From a virus (Duplodnaviria > Caudoviricetes): DNA of 25,387 nucleotides. Of the stretch, positions 25,030-25,387 are shown piece by piece. The notes under the pieces were generated by a model. The model did not search any database and was not told the origin of the DNA. It was given only the letters and a program-made list of their open reading frames with translations. Position 1 is the first letter of the stretch; each line of letters starts with the position of its first letter. The translations under genes and the position numbers were made by a program. Where the stretch lies: the IMG/VR virus record IMGVR_UViG_3300042307_000508, positions 1 to 25,387 of that record; one strand, 5' to 3'.

Positions 25030-25302
25030 ATGACTCTCGATCCCACACTGGAGGAAATGGAATCCTTCCTGCGCCAGAACACTGGCAGTATGATTGACTG
25101 GTCTGAGTACGTTGCAGACTATCAATTTAAAATCGCTGCACATTACTTTGCTTCACATCATTATTCTGGAGAACACTCAAACTTGTACCTGGTCATATGC
25201 CGGATTGATTATCACTCATGTAATGAAATGGAACTGGAAGACGAACCGGATGATGAAGTGCATATGATGTACGATCTTCTGGTGAAACAATATGTGAAAT
25301 GA
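25030..25302 (+). CDS. Acidic hypothetical protein (putative early gene)
   Basis: 90 aa, Asp/Glu-, His- and Tyr-rich. Confidence 0.7.
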   Translation: MTLDPTLEEMESFLRQNTGSMIDWSEYVADYQFKIAAHYFASHHYSGEHSNLYLVICRIDYHSCNEMELEDEPDDEVHMMYDLLVKQYVK

Positions 25303-25356
25303 GTTTACTTTCCGCGCTGCACATCACACAGTAACTTCTCCTTAAACACACACACT

Positions 25357-25387
25357 ATGAAAGTAACTATTATAGAAGACAGTATGG
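25357..25387 (+). CDS. 5' end of next gene (partial, MKVTIIEDSM...)
   Basis: ATG after an ACACACACACT leader; open to the window edge. Confidence 0.5.
   Translation, partial: MKVTIIEDSM

Larger units (their letters stand above)
1..25387. mobile_element. Tailed dsDNA bacteriophage (or prophage) genome segment
   Basis: Abutting/overlapping ORFs in strand-coherent modules: large Ala/Gly/Gln-rich virion-like proteins, holin/spanin-like genes, Sak-like annealase, RecE-like nuclease, RusA, initiator plus DnaC-like loader, orphan MTase. No integrase, capsid or portal inside the window. Confidence 0.95.

Noticed and set aside
25299-25334. 11-codon ORF overlapping the stop of 25030-25302
   Set aside because: Too short to support from sequence alone.

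Overview
The whole window reads as a gene-dense segment of a tailed dsDNA phage (or prophage) with podovirus-like virion genes; no host housekeeping genes, tRNA/rRNA or CRISPR array were recognised. Left part (+ strand, 29-11698): three putative internal-virion/ejection proteins (331, 758, 2348 aa), then a lysis block (lipoprotein with C-terminal TM helices, holin-like protein, 2-TM protein). A convergent junction at ~11700-11852 holds a terminator, a sigma70-like promoter and a foldable ~100-nt element. Middle part (- strand, 11853-20053): small HTH/coiled-coil genes, metallophosphoesterase, Rad52/Sak-like annealase, signal-peptide lytic transglycosylase, SWIM protein, DnaC-like ATPase, HTH replication initiator with internal repeats, RecE-like nuclease, RusA. 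Right part (+ strand, 20106-25387): possible small terminase, a C5 DNA methyltransferase with a long variable region and a nested +1-frame ORF, a GGTAnG repeat array, then small genes packed with co-oriented ACTGG. All product calls come from motif recognition by eye; no searches were run.
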